A stretch of 64,000 nt of DNA, taken from IMG/VR virus record IMGVR_UViG_3300005444_000002; one strand, 5' to 3'. Source of the stretch: an uncultured virus (IMG/VR IMGVR_UViG_3300005444_000002) (taxonomy: Duplodnaviria > Heunggongvirae > Uroviricota > Caudoviricetes). Every line of letters begins with the position of its first letter. Positions within the stretch are counted from its first letter, which is position 1. Under the pieces are notes generated by a model. It worked only from the letters and a program-made list of their open reading frames with translations. It did not search any database and was not told where the DNA came from. Position numbers and translations under genes: made by a program. Below, piece by piece: positions 59,190 to 64,000 of the stretch.

Positions 59190-59410
59190 GGGGGAGGGTA
59201 AAGGAGGCTTTTGAGGAAGGACTTCTATTGGGTCTCAGGTATGGTATTGCTTCCCTCATCATCCTAGTCCTCTCAGGTTGGGTTGTTCATGACTACCTCA
59301 CTTCCAGGGTCAGGGCCTACAACGGTCAACTCGCCTTTGAATTCATCCAACAGGTCCAGGAGCAGGTTAAGAAGCAGGAGGCTAAGAAACCTGTGGAAGG
59401 GACCAAATGA
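59186..59410 (+). CDS. Small single-TM protein
   Basis: YGIASLIILVLSGWVV; coupled at both ends. Confidence 0.55.
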   Translation: MRGRVKEAFEEGLLLGLRYGIASLIILVLSGWVVHDYLTSRVRAYNGQLAFEFIQQVQEQVKKQEAKKPVEGTK

Positions 59411-60348
59411 TTAGGCCTTTGATGAAGTGGACGGTCCTTTCCCTGGGGGTGATACAACTCTCCCTTCTCTTGTGGATCCCTATCCATGCGGATGTGGTGA
59501 AGACCAATAGTCCAGCTGCTGGTGCGTCCGCTGTTGGAAATAATGCTTGGACAGGAACTAACAGCTTTATTGATGGATCCTTCACTCTTATTGGAAGTGC
59601 AGGAGCAACCAAGATTGCTAAGTTTGAGGTGGACACGCTCGTACCAGTGGGAACCAATACGTACACGTTCCCGGCCGCGAGCGGGACGCTGGCCCTCCTT
59701 GGCGCAAATGTGTTCACGGGCGCACAGACGTTCAGTACAACCGCGACCCTTAACACAGATTCTTACTTCGTGGTCGGCTCGGCGGGTGGCGCAGCGAGCA
59801 ACGCGGTCTACTTCAGTTCGCTCCAGACACCGGACACCGCTTTCCTTTCCACGTCCAGTACGGGGAATTCGTGGATCATTGCGGAAACGGCTGACACCGG
59901 CTTCGATTTTGCCCACGCTCAGCAGGCAACACCGACAATCTTCTTCCACTCGGGAGTCCAGAACACCACAAGCTGGGGTTCAGTTACTCACAACAATACC
60001 GACTTCGTGCTTGGCACTGGGGCAGGCGATCTCAAGCTGACTGCTGCTGGCCATGTCAAGATGACGGGCACCGCACCGGCAGTTAGCGCGTGCGGCACGA
60101 CACCCTCGGCCGTCACCGGCTCCGATCACGCTGGCAAAGTCACCACCGGATCAGGCGGAACGGTGCAGAGCTGTACCCTGACTTTCGCAGTGGCTTATGG
60201 TGTGGCTCCTGCCTGCACCGTCAGTGACGAGACGGGCATCCTCCTGGTCAGGGCCACTTCGACCACAACCACTCTGGTACTGGACAGTGCTGTGGCCGGT
60301 ACCCTTGCAAGCAGCACACTCGCTTATATCTGTCTTCAGGGAAGCTAA
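59407..60348 (+). CDS. Tail fibre-like protein with N-terminal signal peptide
   Basis: Signal ending IHA; N.WTG.N.F, YTFP.ASGTLALL, NVFTGAQTF fibre motifs; C-terminal P.VS.CGT...G.D.AG.VT.G...CTLTF...Y..APAC domain. Confidence 0.7.
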   Translation: MIRPLMKWTVLSLGVIQLSLLLWIPIHADVVKTNSPAAGASAVGNNAWTGTNSFIDGSFTLIGSAGATKIAKFEVDTLVPVGTNTYTFPAASGTLALLGANVFTGAQTFSTTATLNTDSYFVVGSAGGAASNAVYFSSLQTPDTAFLSTSSTGNSWIIAETADTGFDFAHAQQATPTIFFHSGVQNTTSWGSVTHNNTDFVLGTGAGDLKLTAAGHVKMTGTAPAVSACGTTPSAVTGSDHAGKVTTGSGGTVQSCTLTFAVAYGVAPACTVSDETGILLVRATSTTTTLVLDSAVAGTLASSTLAYICLQGS

Positions 60349-60376
60349 TCATAACCTCAGTAAGGGGATTTTATTG

Positions 60377-60844
60377 ATGAAGAAGTTACTATTTCTTGCC
60401 TTTCTCCTCTCCTCCACCTCCCTCCTTGCTCAGGAAACATTTTCTATCCCGGTTACAGCTGGGCAGGTTACCAGAATTGATCGAGCAAGGATCAAGACCA
60501 ACAGCAACACTTGTCTAGCCAGGAATGCCGTTGGGGGGGCAAACTGTACCCAAGCCCAAGCATGTACCGCCTATGGAGCAGCTGGAGGGGCCTCCTGCAC
60601 GGTTGCTCAGGCTAGAGCTACCAATCCCTCCTGTGAGATCTTCGCAGCAACCCTGGCAGGGAGGGAAGCCTTCACCCTCGCCACTGTGGTTGCCAAGGTG
60701 GTGGAGTTTCAGACCCAAGCCGTGGCTGAGGATAAGGTGGCTTTCTGTGTGTGGTGGAACACTATCGCCTCAGCAGGGGCAAAGAATACGATCTGTACCA
60801 CTGCCACTCCCTCTCTCGGGAATGGTTGCGAGATCTGCCCGTAG
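60377..60844 (+). CDS. Secreted-type Cys-rich protein
   Basis: Start reassigned to 60377: MKKLLFLAFLLSSTSLLA-QE; multiple Cys. Confidence 0.65.
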   Translation: MKKLLFLAFLLSSTSLLAQETFSIPVTAGQVTRIDRARIKTNSNTCLARNAVGGANCTQAQACTAYGAAGGASCTVAQARATNPSCEIFAATLAGREAFTLATVVAKVVEFQTQAVAEDKVAFCVWWNTIASAGAKNTICTTATPSLGNGCEICP

Positions 60845-61128
60845 TGGACCACGGCCAAATCCTCCTAGCCATCATCACCCTCCTTGTTGGTACCTTCACC
60901 GCCTGGAGTATCAGGAGGGATAACGAGAAGAAGGATATCAGGAATAGGGAATGGCTTCTAGAGGACAGGGCTCACCTTGCCAAGAAGATCGATGAAAACA
61001 CCCAGATCTCCAAAGGGGCCTTTGAAGTTGCGAATCATGTGAATGAGAAAATTGCCGCTATTGGAAGTATTCGTCTGAAGGCATCTGCTAGAAATCTAAG
61101 TGGAAAGAAGAGAAGGTCTGGGGATTGA
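60844..61128 (+). CDS. Holin-like single-TM coiled-coil protein
   Basis: GTG start overlapping TAG; QILLAIITLLVGTFTAW then charged tail; near the endolysin. Confidence 0.45.
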   Translation: MDHGQILLAIITLLVGTFTAWSIRRDNEKKDIRNREWLLEDRAHLAKKIDENTQISKGAFEVANHVNEKIAAIGSIRLKASARNLSGKKRRSGD

Positions 61129-61273
61129 TGATGAGGTATCGTTCCTTCTGCGACCTCTGTGAGTGTCAGTTCTATGCCCCCCAAGGGGATCTAGAACCCA
61201 CCTGTCCCAAGTGCGGGATGATTGCAAATCAAGAGGGTCCTGGGGATGAGAGACCTCCTCCCAGAGCAAGGGA

Positions 61274-61825
61274 GTGAACCTCCTCTTCCTCCTTCTCGTT
61301 GTCATCCCCCCTCCTCAGATCCACTGCATCCTTGAAGTTCACTCCTCAACCTCCCTAGGTCATGCGGTATATCTCCGTGGGAATAGGCTCCTCACCGTGG
61401 CACACCTCCAGGGGGAGGAAGGGCTCTCCTGGAGTACCCCTCTCCTGGATGGGACAGCATCCTTCTTATGGAAGGGGAGGAAGAGGGATCTGGCCCTCTA
61501 CTCCATCAACACCCCCCCTCCCCTCTGTTGGGTAACCATCTCTAAGAAGAAGCCCGTGAATGGTGATGAGGTCTACTACAAAGGTTACCTGGACAACTAT
61601 TCCCCCTATTGGGCAAAGGGAATGGTTCTCGGATATGACTCTGATGGGGAGATTCAGGTGGATGGGTTCCTCCAAGGTGGGGTTAGCGGATCTGGCGTAT
61701 TGAATGAGGAAGGGGAGTTGGTGGGGATAGCAGTGGCTGGAGCTAATTGGGGCCCCGCTGATAGCAAGATCTTCTATCGCTCCACCCTTTCCGTCATCCC
61801 CATTACCGAGGACCCCAAACCTTAA
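61274..61825 (+). CDS. Trypsin-like serine protease
   Basis: LLTVAH, RDLAL, GVSGSGVLN..GELVGI catalytic triad motifs; hydrophobic N-terminus. Confidence 0.85.
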   Translation: MNLLFLLLVVIPPPQIHCILEVHSSTSLGHAVYLRGNRLLTVAHLQGEEGLSWSTPLLDGTASFLWKGRKRDLALYSINTPPPLCWVTISKKKPVNGDEVYYKGYLDNYSPYWAKGMVLGYDSDGEIQVDGFLQGGVSGSGVLNEEGELVGIAVAGANWGPADSKIFYRSTLSVIPITEDPKP

Positions 61826-62211
61826 TGCTCCCTCCCCAGATCAAGGACCCCCTCAAGCTCTGCCCGTGTGTGAGGAAGAGGTATGAGTCCTTGAGGGTGA
61901 AGAGTATTGAGATGGATCTCCCCTTAACCCTCATAGAGACCCTCAGGGATATGCAGAGACAAGTTCATTATGTGAATATCGGGGTGAGTAAGACTCTCCT
62001 CTCCAAGCATCTCCCCCAACCCCCCCACAACCTTTCCCTCGCCTTCGACATTGTCCCCACCTCTCTCCTCACTGAACCTGGATGGGATGGTTCCTCCCCC
62101 CTTTGGGGAAGGATGGGTCTCTTGGGGCAGAGTTCTGGTCTCCTCTGGGGCTTCCGTTTATGGGGATGGGATAAGCCCCACTTCCACCTTCCTAAGTGTG
62201 AGTGTACCTAA
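61825..62211 (+). CDS. Endolysin, M15 family peptidase
   Basis: ETLR...RQ...SKH...AFD...WG..W.WDKPHF. Confidence 0.85.
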   Translation: MLPPQIKDPLKLCPCVRKRYESLRVKSIEMDLPLTLIETLRDMQRQVHYVNIGVSKTLLSKHLPQPPHNLSLAFDIVPTSLLTEPGWDGSSPLWGRMGLLGQSSGLLWGFRLWGWDKPHFHLPKCECT

Positions 62212-63546
62212 ATGAAGTACCCCAAGGATCAGGGCTACCAAGAGTTCGAGTTCCGTCCAGGGGTCAAGTTCCCCAAGTTCAAGGGAATGCACCGTATGGG
62301 AGATCCTGCCTCAATCCCTGTCAACCAATTCCACTACCTGGAGAATGTGAGGATTGTTGGAGGGGAGATCGATTCCCGAGGTGGGCAGGGGAGATACATT
62401 GATCATTCAGAGAGTGGGTGTATGGAAGGGATCTTCCCCCCGGAGTTCCAATTCGCTGATGATGAAGCAGGGTCTATTGTCCTGAATGGCTTCTCCACAG
62501 GGGTTCTGAACATCACCACCCTCACTGCCAACTATCGGTTGGGGAGTGAGTATGATCTCAGCAATAACCTCATTGGTCTTTTTGTCATTGACGTTGGTGG
62601 AGGCTTTCAGTCTCAAGCCTACTTCGGGTGTAGGGAGGGACCTATCAATAGTGATTCTGAGTATGGGGCCACGATCAGACAGTATAAGGGATTGAATGCT
62701 ACCCCTGCCATAGTCAGCACTTTCCCCTCCTCTGTAATCCAGGTCACTGGAATGACCGTCCTGGGATCTGTCCTCTACCTAGGGGTTATCAATGCTGATG
62801 ACCTCGGGGAGGTGTGGGTTTGGGATGGGGTGACTAACTCTGTCCCTACCCTGAGCGATTCCCCCGAGATAGCTGGCCCTGTGAGGATCACCGCTACCAC
62901 AGGCGGGGAGATTATCGCCTGTTACGGAGCAGTGGTTAGGAAGAGGACTGTTGGAGGGGTGTGGAGTACCCAAGCTCTCCCTGGGGGACTAACCACCTTT
63001 AATGGAAGATCCTTCTGCATCTTTGGGGGGAAGTTGTGGATAGGTGGAGGGGAGGGGAGTAGTTTCAGTGGGAGTGGGGATGCTCTTCTTCTCTCCTACA
63101 CCAGCCCCAATCTCACCTTAGAACACACGGTAACAGATGGGGTGAGCATCGGGGCTCTAGGAGCTTTCAACTCCCTCCTCTACTACGGTATCCATGCCTC
63201 AGGGGCTGCTAATGGGGATCTTGGGAAGACTGATGGGGCGATCTACACCGACTTGGAGCATGATTTCAACACCGAATATGCAGTCCATCTCCCTGCCTTT
63301 ACTGGTGGGAGTGTTGGAGCACTGACGGTCTTTCAATCCATCTTCCAAAGGGGAGCTAATCTTTGTGTTGTTACCACCCCCTATAACGTAGATACTGCCG
63401 AGAAAGCCACCTTCATTTGTGAGTCGGTTGGGGTCGATACCACTCTCTTCACCACTACCTTGTTCGATGATGTGCTCCCTGGGCCTCTATATGGCTTAGA
63501 TACCGAGCACAAGTCTTTCTCTATAACTGGTCTAGTCCTCACCTAA
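62212..63546 (+). CDS. Tail-associated beta-propeller-like protein
   Basis: FKGM...LENVR...I.SRGG N-terminus typical of nozzle proteins; repeated G..LY.G blades. Confidence 0.55.
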   Translation: MKYPKDQGYQEFEFRPGVKFPKFKGMHRMGDPASIPVNQFHYLENVRIVGGEIDSRGGQGRYIDHSESGCMEGIFPPEFQFADDEAGSIVLNGFSTGVLNITTLTANYRLGSEYDLSNNLIGLFVIDVGGGFQSQAYFGCREGPINSDSEYGATIRQYKGLNATPAIVSTFPSSVIQVTGMTVLGSVLYLGVINADDLGEVWVWDGVTNSVPTLSDSPEIAGPVRITATTGGEIIACYGAVVRKRTVGGVWSTQALPGGLTTFNGRSFCIFGGKLWIGGGEGSSFSGSGDALLLSYTSPNLTLEHTVTDGVSIGALGAFNSLLYYGIHASGAANGDLGKTDGAIYTDLEHDFNTEYAVHLPAFTGGSVGALTVFQSIFQRGANLCVVTTPYNVDTAEKATFICESVGVDTTLFTTTLFDDVLPGPLYGLDTEHKSFSITGLVLT

Positions 63547-64000
63547 TGACTGTCAACCTCATCACCACCTCCACCCCACAGGTCTTTTACAACCCTGTAG
63601 GGAGTACCACTCTCTTTGAGGTAACCATGCCTTCAGGGGTAACGGTATTCTCCCCCCAGAAGAGAAGGCCCTCGGTGGTGGAGTATAAGAAGAGAAGGCA
63701 TATTGTTGGGCAGTTCTCACACAACCTGATCTTTACCGAGGATAACCTCCTCTATAAGGCAGGGATCACCGCTCCAACTGTTCTCCCTATCATTGCCTTG
63801 AATGGAGGGGGGGCCATTACTGCCTGCAGGACCCCCTACTACTCCTTCCTCCACAAGGTGGGATCCACAGTCATCCATGAGAGTGATCTCTCCTCAGCTG
63901 GGGTGGAGGTTTGTGCTACAGCTCAGAGGTTCACCTGGACCCTTCCTGCTACCTCCCCAGACTCAAGGGTTACTCACATCCGTCTGTATGCCTCTGATAA
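63546..64000 (+). CDS. N-terminal part of tail nozzle/stabilisation-type protein (3' truncated; not in ORF track)
   Basis: TAATG-coupled ATG, open to the window end; GITAP...YYSF...HES..S...VTHIRLY. Confidence 0.65.
   Translation, partial: MTVNLITTSTPQVFYNPVGSTTLFEVTMPSGVTVFSPQKRRPSVVEYKKRRHIVGQFSHNLIFTEDNLLYKAGITAPTVLPIIALNGGGAITACRTPYYSFLHKVGSTVIHESDLSSAGVEVCATAQRFTWTLPATSPDSRVTHIRLYASD

Noticed and set aside
58404..64000. Diversity-generating retroelement or invertase-driven fibre switching
   Set aside because: No reverse transcriptase, template/variable repeat pair or serine invertase seen

Overview
The window is a near-complete, circularly permuted genome of a temperate tailed phage with podovirus-like gene order. 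The gene cut at the right edge (63546-64000) and the gene cut at the left edge (1-912) look like two ends of one tail/nozzle gene. Modules: (i) rightward virion operon with terL, portal, scaffold, major capsid, adaptor, fibre-like genes, lysis genes, tail and ejection proteins (46713-64000, continuing 1-12592); (ii) leftward replication/recombination operon with a split family A DNA polymerase, annealing protein, PD-(D/E)XK exonuclease and nucleotide-pool enzymes (12504-25400); (iii) AAA helicase and a small rightward regulatory operon (25676-29283); (iv) tyrosine integrase, an XRE-like regulator and a self-contained secreted metalloprotease plus TIMP-like cassette (29413-33308); (v) a long leftward early region of small genes (33641-42730); (vi) terS and non-coding DNA with inverted repeats. 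Strongest leads: a GGDEF (SGDEF) domain plus an HTH inside the large ejection protein; a ~280-nt highly structured minus-strand ncRNA candidate with tRNA-like ends (33342-33620); virion-module genes with Sec-type signal peptides; RBS-occluding hairpins between early genes; and a polA split at an ATGA overlap with an unusual motif B. All calls come from reading motifs by eye; no database searches or folding programs were run.
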